Part shown: piece after piece, positions 32,401 through 40,745 of the stretch
Layout: the number at the start of each line of letters is the position of its first letter
Position numbering within the stretch: position 1 is the first letter of the stretch
NCBI GenBank assembly: GCA_965214095.1
Contig: OZ243938.1
Location: 3,008,001 to 3,072,000 of the forward strand
DNA length: 64,000 nucleotides
From: Candidatus Poribacteria bacterium
Lineage (GTDB): Bacteria; Poribacteria; WGA-4E; WGA-3G
Reading direction: 5' to 3'
Made by a program: the position numbers and the translations under genes
Notes under the pieces: model-generated
What the model was told of the DNA's origin: nothing
Seen by the model: the letters and a program-made list of their open reading frames with translations, nothing else
The model's database searches: none

Positions 32401-35400
32401 CCTGTGCCACTCTCAATACTAAACGATGCAGCATCTGTGCCACCGATACCATAGGTCAAAGTATCATCGTCTGCGTCAGTTGCTGTGACAGCATCACCTA
32501 TGTTCTGAGCAGCGGCTGTATTCTCTGCGATGGATCGGGTTGTGCTTGCATCTGCGAAGACTGGCGCACGATTTTCATCCACGTCCGTAACATTGATTGT
32601 CACCGCGATAGAGGCACTACCACCATTTCCATCGGAAACAGAGACGGTAACTGAATAAGAATTCTTATCTTCATAATCCAGTGCTGCTTTTGTTCGTATT
32701 TGACCTGTTGTGCTATCAATGTCAAAGGAAGCTGCATCTGTGCCAGTCAGTCCATAAGTCAGTGTATCGCCAGTGTCCGGGTCTGTTGCGGAAACAGCAC
32801 TGCCAATATCAACACCAGACCCCGTATTTTCGGCTACGGACCGGGTGGCACTATTCGCAGAAAACGTAGGAGCACGGTTCTCATCTACATCCGTAACATT
32901 GATTGTCACTGCGATAGAGGCACTACCACCATTCCCATCGGAAACAGAGACGGTAACTGAGTATGAATTCTTATCTTCATAATCCAATGCTGCTTTTGTT
33001 CTTAATTGACCTGTTGTGCTGTTAATGTCAAAAGATGCAGCATCTGTGCCAGTCAGTCCATAAGTCAGTGTATCGCCAGTGTCCGGGTCTGTTGCGGAAA
33101 CAGCACTGCCAATATCAACACCAGACCCCGTATTTTCGGCTACGGACCGGGTAGCACTATTCGCAGAAAACGTAGGGGCGCGGTTCTCATCTACATCCGT
33201 AACATTGATTGTCACTGCGATAGAGGCACTACCACCATTCCCATCGGAAACAGAGACGGTAACTGAGTATGAATTCTTATCTTCATAATCCAATGCTGCT
33301 TTTGTTCGTATTTGCCCTGTTGCGCTGTTAATGTCAAAAGAGGCAGCATCTGTGCCAGTCAGTCCATAAGTCAGTGTATCGCCAGTGTCCGGGTCTGTTG
33401 CGGAAACAGCACTGCCGATATCAACACCAGACCCCGTATTTTCGGCTACAGACAGAGTGGCACTATTCGCAGAAAACGTAGGGGCGCGGTTCTCATCCAC
33501 GTCCGTAATATTAATAGTGACATTGATGGTGTCACTACCACCATTTCCATCAGAAACGGTGACTGTCACAGCATAAGAATTGTCGTCTTCATAATCCAAT
33601 GCTGCTTTTGTGCGTAACTGACCTGTTGTGCTAACAATACTGAAAGATGCGGCATCTGTGCCAGTCAGTCTATAAGTTAGGGTATCGTCAGTGTCCGGGT
33701 CTGTTGCTGAAACGGCATCGCCGATGTCTACACCCTGTCCAGTATTCTCGGCGATGGAACGGGATGTGGTTTCCCCATCATCAAAGGTGGGTGCGCGGTT
33801 CTCATCTACATCGGTCACATTGATTGTGATGGTGATCTCATCCTCAAGAGTACCATCAGACACTTTGACCTTTACTTCATAACGAGTTTTTGTTTCGTAG
33901 TCAAGTGCAGCCTTCGTTTTTAGCTGCCCACTTGTGTTGACAATATCAAACGATGCGGCATCTGTACCACTCAGGCTATAAGTGAATGTGGTATCAGCAT
34001 CTGGATCCGCAGCGGTAACTGCTGTGCCAATGTTCACACCGGCAGCGGTATTCTCAGCAACGCTACGCGTGGCATTTTCACCTTCCGCGAAGACAGGTGC
34101 TTCATTGACGTTGGTTATGTTCACCGTGACAGTGATAGTATCACTCAAACTACCATCAGATACGGTGACTGTAACTGTATAGGTGGACTTAGATTCGAAG
34201 TTGAGGACTGTACTGGTTTTTAGCTGTCCAGTTTCACCATCAATACTAAATGCTGATGCACCTGTTCCACTCAGTAGATATGCGAGTGTATTTGTATCTG
34301 CATCAGTGGCACTGATCGGTGTGCCAATGTTGACACCAGTTGCTGTATTTTCTGCGACAGTCCGTGTTGCGGTTGCCCCCTCTGTGAACACAGGTGCGAT
34401 GTTTGAAGGCGTTTCGTCTAAATTTCTGACAGTGATAGTTACGGTAATACTATCACTTCCATTGTTTCCATCTGATACACCTATTGTGACTGTATAGGAG
34501 GCTTTCGTTTCATAATCAAGCGCAGCTTTTGTTTTTAACTGTCCCGTCGTAGATTCAATGTCAAACGAAGCAGCATTTGTGCCGCTAAGGGAGTAAGTCA
34601 ACGTATCACCATCAACGTCTGTTGCAGCAACAGCACTGCCGATGTTTATACCAGCATTAACGTTTTCTGCGATGGTGCGCGTGGTGCTGACACCATCTGT
34701 GAACACGGGTGTCTCGTTGACGTTGGTGACGTTTATCGTAACAGTGATACTATCACTGCCACCGTTTCCATCAGAAACATTTACTGCTACAACATAAGAG
34801 GATTTCGTTTCAAAATTCAGAGCGGAACTGGTTTTCACTTGTCCCGAAGAAGTATCAATACTAAAGGAAGCAGCATCTGTGCCAGTTAGACTGTATGTCA
34901 AGGTATCATCATCTGCGTCTGTGGCAGATACAGCATTCCCAATATTTGTTCCTGATGCTGTATTTTCAGCGACCGTGAGGGTCGTTGTTGCACCTTGTGT
35001 AAAGATAGGAGCGTTGTTTGTAGGTGACTCGTCAACATCAGTTACATTGATTGTAACGGTGATGGAGGCACTGCCATCCACACCATCAGACACGGAAATC
35101 GTGACCGTATAGGTGGATTTAGTTTCATAATCTAATGCTGCATCTGTTCGAAGCTGACCTGAAGTGCTATCAATCGTAAACGATGCTGCATCTGTGCCTT
35201 CAAGACTATAAGTCAATGTGTCATTATCAGCATCCGTCGCAGATACAGCATCCCCAATATCTAAACCTGTGCCAGTATTTTCAGCGACTGAACGCGTTGT
35301 GCTGCTGCCATCTGAAAAGACAGGAGCGTTATTGGCAGGTCTCTCGCTAACATCGGTGATAGTGATTGTGACAGTAATAGTGTCGCTACCTCCATTTCCA

Positions 35401-38400
35401 TCAGAGACAGTAATTGTTACGGAATAGGAGGTTTTCGTTTCATAATCAAGCGCAGCACTCGTTCGCAACTGACCTGTCGTGCTACCTATACTGAACGAAC
35501 CCACATCTGTTCCACCGATACCATAAGTCAAGGTATCATCATCTGCATCTGTCGCAGAGACAGGATTTCCAATGTCAACACCAGAACCCGTGTTCTCAGC
35601 AACAGAACGTGTGGCACTTTCGCCTTCTGTGAACACTGGCACAGTATTGGTAGAACTCTCATCAACATCGGTAATATTTATAGTGACAATAATAGTGTCG
35701 CTACCTCCATTTCCATCAGAGACCGTGAGTCTTACCGAATAGGAGGCTTTCGTTTCATAATCAAGCGCAGCATTCGTCCGCAACTGTCCTGTCGTGCTAC
35801 CTATACTGAACGAACCCACATCTGTTCCACCGATACCATAAGTCAAGGTATCATTATCTGCATCTGTCGCAGAGATAGGATTTCCAATGTCAACACCAGA
35901 ACCCGTGTTCTCAGCAACAGAACGTGTGGCACTTTCGCCTTCTGTGAACACTGGCACAGTATTGGTAGAACTCTCATCAACATCGGTAATATTTATAGTG
36001 ACAATAATAGTATCACTACCTTCATTTCCATCAGTGACCGTGAGTCTTACTGAATAGGAAGTTTTCGTTTCATAATCAAGCGCAGCACTCGTGCGTAACT
36101 GACCTGAGCTACTGTCTATGCTGAAGAAGGAAGCATCTGCGCCAGTCAGACTATAGGTCAAGGTATCCTTGTCAGCATCTGTCGCAGCAACAGGATTCCC
36201 TATGTTGACACCAGAACCCGTATTCTCCGCAACGGAACGTGTTGCGCTACTCCCGTCTGTAAATACAGGTGCACTATTCGCTGTTTCTGGAACAACACTT
36301 GTAGACGTTTCATCTATGTCCGTAACATTTATGGTGATACTTATGCTGTCGCTATACTCACCATCGGAAACAGTGATTGTTACTGTGTAGGAGGATTTGG
36401 TTTCATAATCCAACGCTGCTTTTGTTCTCAACTGTCCAGATGTACTGACAATACTGAATGCAGACGTATCTGCACCTTCAAGGCTATAGGTCAAGGTATC
36501 GTCATCAGCATCTGTCGCTGCCACAGCACTCCCAATATCAACTTCTGCACTGGTATTTTCTGCTACAATTCGTGTAGCACTCTCACCTTCGGTAAACACG
36601 GGTGCGCGGTTATCTACGACATCCGTGATATTGATTGTAATGTTGATAGTGTCCGTAAGCTTTCCATCAGATACTGTTACCATGACCGCATAAGTCGCCT
36701 TCGTTTCATAGTCAAGAGCAGCTTTCGTTTTTATCTGTCCGTTTGTGGTATCAATGTCAAAGGAAGCAGCATCCGTTCCTGTAAGACTGTAGGTTAATGT
36801 GTCCCCATCAGCATCTGTCGCTGATATCGGACTCCCAATACCAACATCAGAACTGGTGTTTTCACTTACAGTTCGAGTCGTACTGCTTCCTTCTGTGAAT
36901 ACAGGAGCACGGTTTTCTGATACATCGGTTACATTGATCGTAACCGCGATAGAATCGCTGCCGTCTTTGCCATCGGAAACAGAAACATTTACTGAATATG
37001 TAGTTTTGGTTTCATAGTCAAGAGCAGCTTTCGTTTTTATCTGTCCGTTTGTGGTATCAATGTCAAAGGAAGCAGCATCCGTTCCTGTAAGACTGTAGAT
37101 TAATGTGTCCCCATCAGCATCGGTTGCGGCTATAGCACTTCCGATATTGATACCCGCTGCTGTGTTTTCTGCGATGGAGCGAGAGGCGGTCTCACCCTCT
37201 GTGAACACAGGTGCGACATTCAAGGCTTTGAATATTTCCAACGAGGTCTGGTTCGTTTCTTCAAGTGCGTATCCAGTATGACCTGTCGGTAGACTCGGCA
37301 CACTGTCGATACTCACGGTGACAGCACCGAAGGTGTTGGGTGTGCGAGTGACAGTATGGAGCTGACTCATAACACTGCCTTTGGCAATGCTGATAACTGT
37401 GAGGCTATTGCTTAGACTACCATTTGTTACGGTGATAGGCAGCGAAATATGATAAGGCGCACCTGCCGGGAGAACCACCTGGATCATGTTATCGCCAACC
37501 TTCTGCAGTGTTAGAGATAACAACAATGGGTCAGTTGTGTTGCCACTCAAGTTGAGTATTGTCAACGATGTCAGACCTTGAAAGATGCCATCAGGTAGGT
37601 CTTCTAATTGGTTATTTGACAGGTCAAGCGATGTGAGTGAAAGTAATCCAGAGAAATCGTCTGATGATAGAGAGGCAATAGATTCACTACCCAAATCAAG
37701 CATTGTAATGGTTGCCAACTGCACATCTGATACATTTCGGCAATCGTCTATATCCTGCAATGTTTCCACAATCGCATCACTTACCTGTATTGTGCGATTG
37801 CACACTGTCGATTTGGCGAGGATATAGCCAAAATGATTCGCTGGCAGGGACGGTAATGCACCTAAACTGACATCTGTCGTTGTGGCAGTAAAAGTATCAC
37901 TTTCAACACTTCCTTTAGAAATTGTAATCGTTGGTATACTTGCGTCATTGAGTGGCACCACAATATCAAACGGCGCACCTGCGGGGATAATCACCTTGAA
38001 CTGATTTACTGTGACCTGTTGCAATGAAACCATCAGTGGCATCGGATCAACAAAATTCCCACCCAAACGGAGCGATGTGAGCGAATTAAGTCCTTTAAAG
38101 ATACCGATTGGTAGGCTATCCAACATATTACCGTATAGGTTAAGGTTCGTGAGAGCTGTCAGCCCACCAAAATCACCCGTTTTGAGTTCTGTAATACCAA
38201 CGTTACGCAGATTAAGACCGGTAATGGCTGCGAGGTGGGTATCGGTTACATCTTCGGTAGCGTCTACACCAGGGATTGCTGCCACGATGGCATCACTCAC
38301 TGCGGCAGTGCGGTCACTGACAGCGAGTGATGTTATATCCGTCGTGGTGTCACTGGCATCAATAACGTTTACAATCACAGTAATCGTATCTGTCAGTTCA

Positions 38401-39392
38401 CCATCAGAAACAGTGATTGAAATGCTATACAAGTGCTTCGTTTCATAATCCAAATCCGCTTTTGTTTTCAGTTGTCCTGTCGCACTATCAAGCTCAAATG
38501 AATTCGCATCAATACCACTGAGTGAATATGTCAAGGTATCTGCGTCTGTATCCGTAGCGGCAACGGCATTGCCGATGTTTGTGTTCGCTACCGTGTTTTC
38601 TACGACTGCGCGGGTAGTAATACTGCCATCAGTGAAAATGGGTGCGGCGTTTATGGTAGGATCGGTGACCTCAGTCATTTCGGTAGGATCAGGTTCCTCA
38701 GTCTGACTTTCAGCACCGATTATTTCAAGTGGTAACGACCCCGGTTTTGTCAAGGTATATCCGTAGTGATTTGCAGGCAAACTTGGTAATGTACCAATAT
38801 TCGCAGTAACAGCATTGGTCGTGTTCGCAGTGCGGGAAACAGAAACAGCATTGCTTGCTGTGCTGCCTTTAGAGACGGTCAGGGTCGTAGTGCCTCCTGT
38901 AATAGTGCCGTTAGTTACGCTGACAGGCACTATTATAGCGAAAGGCGCACCAGTCGGCACAACTGCCTTGAATTGATTTTCTCCAACCTTTTCAAGTGTT
39001 ACCGATATCTGCATCGGGTCAACGGTGTTGTTTCCCAATCGTAGTGTTGTTAACGCTGTGAGTCCTTCAAATATACCATCGGGGAGACTGCTCAGTTCGT
39101 TGTCGTATAGATTGAGACTTGTTAATCCTGTCATACCAGAAAAGTCACCAGTTTTAAGAACGGTAATACCTTTGTCTCTCAGGTTGAGAGCAGTAATTGC
39201 TGCAAGGTGTGTTTCTCTCACTTCGTCGGCAGTGTTCACACCTAAGGCTGCAATAATAGCATCGCGGACTTCTTCAGTTCGATCGCTAACAGATGTAATG
39301 TCTGCATAACTCAATGTCTGTCCGCTTAGTATTGTCAATAGTGATAGTAAAATGGATAAAGTAGATTTGTGGTTGATGAAAAACGTATTCAT
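26496..39392 (-). CDS. Giant secreted LRR/cadherin-like protein (4298 aa) with C-terminal sorting-type domain
   Basis: GGGGAG RBS and signal peptide. Three short LRR modules, about 23 cadherin-like repeats (19 contiguous), four long C-terminal LRR modules separated by single cadherin repeats, NYPNPFNPETW...TRKMLIRK. Confidence 0.93.
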   Translation of the reverse strand: MNTFFINHKSTLSILLSLLTILSGQTLSYADITSVSDRTEEVRDAIIAALGVNTADEVRETHLAAITALNLRDKGITVLKTGDFSGMTGLTSLNLYDNELSSLPDGIFEGLTALTTLRLGNNTVDPMQISVTLEKVGENQFKAVVPTGAPFAIIVPVSVTNGTITGGTTTLTVSKGSTASNAVSVSRTANTTNAVTANIGTLPSLPANHYGYTLTKPGSLPLEIIGAESQTEEPDPTEMTEVTDPTINAAPIFTDGSITTRAVVENTVANTNIGNAVAATDTDADTLTYSLSGIDANSFELDSATGQLKTKADLDYETKHLYSISITVSDGELTDTITVIVNVIDASDTTTDITSLAVSDRTAAVSDAIVAAIPGVDATEDVTDTHLAAITGLNLRNVGITELKTGDFGGLTALTNLNLYGNMLDSLPIGIFKGLNSLTSLRLGGNFVDPMPLMVSLQQVTVNQFKVIIPAGAPFDIVVPLNDASIPTITISKGSVESDTFTATTTDVSLGALPSLPANHFGYILAKSTVCNRTIQVSDAIVETLQDIDDCRNVSDVQLATITMLDLGSESIASLSSDDFSGLLSLTSLDLSNNQLEDLPDGIFQGLTSLTILNLSGNTTDPLLLSLTLQKVGDNMIQVVLPAGAPYHISLPITVTNGSLSNSLTVISIAKGSVMSQLHTVTRTPNTFGAVTVSIDSVPSLPTGHTGYALEETNQTSLEIFKALNVAPVFTEGETASRSIAENTAAGINIGSAIAATDADGDTLIYSLTGTDAASFDIDTTNGQIKTKAALDYETKTTYSVNVSVSDGKDGSDSIAVTINVTDVSENRAPVFTEGSSTTRTVSENTSSDVGIGSPISATDADGDTLTYSLTGTDAASFDIDTTNGQIKTKAALDYETKATYAVMVTVSDGKLTDTINITINITDVVDNRAPVFTEGESATRIVAENTSAEVDIGSAVAATDADDDTLTYSLEGADTSAFSIVSTSGQLRTKAALDYETKSSYTVTITVSDGEYSDSISITINVTDIDETSTSVVPETANSAPVFTDGSSATRSVAENTGSGVNIGNPVAATDADKDTLTYSLTGADASFFSIDSSSGQLRTSAALDYETKTSYSVRLTVTDGNEGSDTIIVTINITDVDESSTNTVPVFTEGESATRSVAENTGSGVDIGNPISATDADNDTLTYGIGGTDVGSFSIGSTTGQLRTNAALDYETKASYSVRLTVSDGNGGSDTIIVTINITDVDESSTNTVPVFTEGESATRSVAENTGSGVDIGNPVSATDADDDTLTYGIGGTDVGSFSIGSTTGQLRTSAALDYETKTSYSVTITVSDGNGGSDTITVTITITDVSERPANNAPVFSDGSSTTRSVAENTGTGLDIGDAVSATDADNDTLTYSLEGTDAASFTIDSTSGQLRTDAALDYETKSTYTVTISVSDGVDGSASITVTINVTDVDESPTNNAPIFTQGATTTLTVAENTASGTNIGNAVSATDADDDTLTYSLTGTDAASFSIDTSSGQVKTSSALNFETKSSYVVAVNVSDGNGGSDSITVTINVTNVNETPVFTDGVSTTRTIAENVNAGINIGSAVAATDVDGDTLTYSLSGTNAASFDIESTTGQLKTKAALDYETKASYTVTIGVSDGNNGSDSITVTITVRNLDETPSNIAPVFTEGATATRTVAENTATGVNIGTPISATDADTNTLAYLLSGTGASAFSIDGETGQLKTSTVLNFESKSTYTVTVTVSDGSLSDTITVTVNITNVNEAPVFAEGENATRSVAENTAAGVNIGTAVTAADPDADTTFTYSLSGTDAASFDIVNTSGQLKTKAALDYETKTRYEVKVKVSDGTLEDEITITINVTDVDENRAPTFDDGETTSRSIAENTGQGVDIGDAVSATDPDTDDTLTYRLTGTDAASFSIVSTTGQLRTKAALDYEDDNSYAVTVTVSDGNGGSDTINVTINITDVDENRAPTFSANSATLSVAENTGSGVDIGSAVSATDPDTGDTLTYGLTGTDAASFDINSATGQIRTKAALDYEDKNSYSVTVSVSDGNGGSASIAVTINVTDVDENRAPTFSANSATRSVAENTGSGVDIGSAVSATDPDTGDTLTYGLTGTDAASFDINSTTGQLRTKAALDYEDKNSYSVTVSVSDGNGGSASIAVTINVTDVDENRAPTFSANSATRSVAENTGSGVDIGSAVSATDPDTGDTLTYGLTGTDAASFDIDSTTGQIRTKAALDYEDKNSYSVTVSVSDGNGGSASIAVTINVTDVDENRAPVFADASTTRSIAENTAAAQNIGDAVTATDADDDTLTYGIGGTDAASFSIESGTGQLKTKAALDYETKSSYSVSVFASDPDNATDSITVTINVTDANDAPVFSEGASTTRAIAENTVANTNIGNAVTATDQDTDDTLTYSLAGTDAASLSIVTTSGQLKTKAALNYETKTSYSVTVTATDDSGASNDATTITVTINITDVDENRAPTFSANSFNYRIADIASASVGDMIGTAVTATDPDDDTLTYSLGGTDASYFTIETSTGKIQVTQTLIDHTSSSYSINVIASDGNGGTAEVSGTILVTRISRQNQTNNTPVFTDGASTDRSIAENTASGENIGTAVAATDADTGDTLTYSLEGTDASSFSIVSTSGQLQTSAALNYEEKSTYSVTVKVTDDSGASNNSATIAVTINITDVEEGTTPVSERTPVVRDAIVNKVPDISNAADVTEEHLAAITGTLSLATSNIVSLRAGDFDGLTSLTYLDLDWNTNLSSIPAGIFDDLTSLTTLEMENNKISSLPTGVFDNLTSLINLDLDGCKLSSLPAGIFANLTSLRKLELFRNQFNSIPNGMFVNLTSLSDVNLHANPVDPLPLPIALEQVVDGQFKAVAVTGAPFDITVPVSVTNGSITGGATSVTISQGATDSETLTVTRTTGTTAHVVASIGTLPDIPTNHTGYTLTKGQNAIVIRGDNVTPVFTDGSSTTRSIRENTDAGTNIGDPISATDLGDTLTYSLEGTDASSFSIVTTSGQLQTSTALDYETKSSYSVTVKVVDDSGASNNSATITVTINIIDVNESITPVSERTADVRNAIVSKVPGIYNATDVTAEHLAAIGGTLNLRAYNIQGLKVGDFDGLTSLTGINLSINTAIGTLPPKIFDDLISLRSLDLFYCRMSSLPSGVFDNLTSLTDLRLDSNSFTTLPPGIFEKLTSLSTLDLRDNDFSSIPAGIFVNLTSLSELHLEENSVEPLSLPIALELVAQGQFKAVAVTGAPFDITVPVSVTNGSITGGATSVSISQGATDSETLTVTRTAGTTDDVIASIGTLPGRPSDHSGYVLTKGSDLNVFRADNNIPVFTDGSSTTRSIQERTPSNVHIGDPVSATDADNDRLTYTLSGTDAALFSIESTTGQLITNGALDYETSTSHVVTVDVADTFGGTASISVTINVTDLDETPPEIPLSDRNIAVRNAILGKLPNVHSADDVFQVHLNGIRSIDLSWKSISSLSADDFDGLTGLTYLNLQQNDISSFPADVFDDLTSLTFLNISYNDLTSLPAGLFDNLTSLNTLHIEGCNISTLPSGLFDNLTSLSTLDLEATGLTSLSSTVFDSLTSLTRLDMHNNNLTSLPSGIFDQLSNSWSLTLSDNQISSLPEGILSNLSKLEWFVMSNNNLLSLPDRFFDGLTSLTSLGLSLNPGAPFDITVSIEKVGTDKIKLVCPIGAPISIGASVITVNCSYSGGNITPRIPKGAVESPEYTLVRDAGTTEDAVVYLSLLPLPPPDDRADYQLIYDETRINIFKGNNEVPEFTEGTSASRSVIEGTPSGRTIGEPVTATDADANDALTYSLGGTDADSFSIDSTTGQLKTSATLDYDTKNSYAVTVSVSDGFGGTDSIDITINVTEFDDSDPSVSLSSRSSQVSDAIVQALSNVSTAADVKTGHLLQILAIDLSSESISSLTADDFDGLTNLRELTIFSNNLSSLPSGIFDGLSSLVSLNLGNNGLTSLSDDVFDDLTALTYLNLENNSLTSLPSGIFDNLTAMVTLDISDNSISSLPDNLLTSMTTLDNLDISNNSLSTLPDGLLANGRLMTTINLSGNSTDPFTIFIKITKVADGQIKAVCPVGAPVDLNVAVIILNGAASGEETHNGLSYDSMVIPAGSTEGGVLDIVRTSTNSVILVRAIAHFMIEPGHRGYLLAIDPTRPPVILPAINLAPQELVQIPDKTDFLPNYPNPFNPETWIPYQLSKPADVTLTIYNMRGVVVRTLALGQQKAGFYTSQQRAAHWDGRNSIGEKVATGVYFVTFKAGDFTATRKMLIRK
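32570..33800. repeat. 306-bp near-identical tandem cadherin-like repeats
   Basis: 306-bp period (32773/33079/33385/33691). Confidence 0.85.
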
Positions 39393-39434
39393 ATTCTCCC
39401 CTTTATAATCAATTAACTTGATTGGTAGTTAGTC

Positions 39435-39717
39435 AATTGATAATATCCCATGAATATGTAGGTAGTGAGTTCATTGCATATTGGATCAGACCTTTGAGAC
39501 CTATAAAATCAAAATTCACATTTATATAAGTAATTATAAATCAGATTATATATATATTTATATTTTATAAGTATATGATTTAACATGACTTAAATAATAT
39601 ATTAAATCGATTCATTTTGCAAGTAAATATACATTTATTGCGTATCATTTTCATTTTATAAGCATTTTGTGTGGGTAGTTGATATCAAAAATTGAACAGT
39701 TTTTCAGGAATTACGCA
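39435..39717. repeat. AT-rich upstream/promoter region of the 4298-aa gene, duplicated at about 44963-45239
   Basis: Collinear shared blocks such as CATGAATATGTAGGTAGTGAGTTCATTGCATATTGGATCAGACC, TTTTCATTTTATAAGCATTTTGTGTGG and AATTGAACAGTTTTTCAGGA. Confidence 0.85.
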
Positions 39718-39826
39718 AGAACGGTCGGTACGTTTTGTAAACGTGTCGAGTTTCCACATTTCTGCTGAAATGAACACCTTTTTTGTCAAAAAAAGCGTAA
39801 AATCAAGAAAATTCCGTAAGTACTGA
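39704..39826. mobile_element. Degenerate MITE with TCAGGACTTACGCA-type ends
   Basis: TCAGGAATTACGCA...TCCGTAAGTACTGA (11/14 IR). A related end TCAGGACTTACGC is at 45227-45239. Confidence 0.5.
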
Positions 39827-39840
39827 ATAGAATTGGTATA

Positions 39841-39954
39841 ATACCATTTCTATAAATGTTTATCCCATTAACATTTATTAAGAATGTCTTGAAGGATGGC
39901 ACAAACTGGCAGTTTGTGCTACAAAAATGCGGTGTTTTCAATTAGAAATGGTAT
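39841..39954. mobile_element. 114-bp MITE-like element with 12-bp perfect IRs and an internal REP-like hairpin
   Basis: ATACCATTTCTA...TAGAAATGGTAT, inner GCACAAACTG-G-CAGTTTGTGC-TAC. A lone matching end is near 14209-14220. Confidence 0.6.
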
Positions 39955-40310
39955 AACCTACGAGTGCCTTGTTATTTAGATGGGGTATGATTTCCTGTAA
40001 ATGATTGAGCAATGCAACAAAAACGTCAGCAACTGAAAGATGCTGACGTTTTTGTTGTTAAACATTTTAAAGATTGATCAGCCATATTAGCTACGGGGAG
40101 TTTATCAATCTTTATCTTTTTCATAAAATAGAAAGGGGTATCTATTCGTCCATGAAAAAGACGGTTGTACGGTTTATTTACCGTATCGTGTTTTGTACAT
40201 GCATCCACTGGGTTGATAAGACAAAACGTTTTTAGTTGTAGTATTCGCCTACATTCCACGTTATACCATTAAAGAAATTACTGGTTCGTAGTCGCGCAAT
40301 TCATTTGATA

Positions 40311-40489
40311 CTATTTCCGTATCAACATCTTGCGCGTAGCGGAGAATCCTCCTGCTGTGAGTCTGTAGAAATACAGGTCGCTCGCCACCTTTTCACCGAA
40401 CTCATTTTTATCGTCCCAATACACAGCACAGGTGCGAGTCTGATACAGACCAGCAAGCTGATTCCCCAAATCCAAAGTTCTAACTAACT
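40311..40489 (-). pseudogene. Orphan 3' fragment of the C-terminal sorting domain
   Basis: LVRTLDLGNQLAGLYQ...WDDKNEFGEKVASDLYFYRLTAGGFSATRKMLIRK*. Homology stops at the MITE end at 40490. Confidence 0.8.
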
Positions 40490-40718
40490 GAGGGGTGTGT
40501 ATAAATAGATTTGATTCTAAGCTTATGTCGTAGGTCGGGTAGAACGCCGTGAAACCCGACACAATCGTATCCAGTCTTGCATGTCGGGTTTCGCAAGCTC
40601 TACCCGACCTACAAAATCTTGTCCTTTTTGCACTAAGAATAGTGTCCATCCACATGAAGAAGTTTGTGACGTGTGTCACCATCTATGTTGATCCACCGAT
40701 TATTTGTGCACATCCCTT
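40490..40718. mobile_element. MITE with GAGGGGTGTG-type IRs containing an inverted REP pair (REPIN-like)
   Basis: GAGGGGTGTGTATAAATA...TATTTGTGCACATCCCTT, inner GTAGGTCGGGTAGA...TCTACCCGACCTAC. Same IR type as 15070-15259. Confidence 0.65.
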
Positions 40719-40745
40719 AGGTAGATACACCCTACCTAACTTAAT

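Noticed and set aside
2321-39309. Numerous plus-strand ORFs of 60-363 aa
   Set aside because: Antisense shadows of the repetitive LRR/cadherin genes, recurring with the repeat period.
40026-40259. 77-aa ORF
   Set aside because: No RBS, motif or paralogy support.
40490-40682. N-terminal half of the 123-aa ORF 40311-40682
   Set aside because: Read-through across MITE/REP DNA. Only the CTD tail is protein-like.
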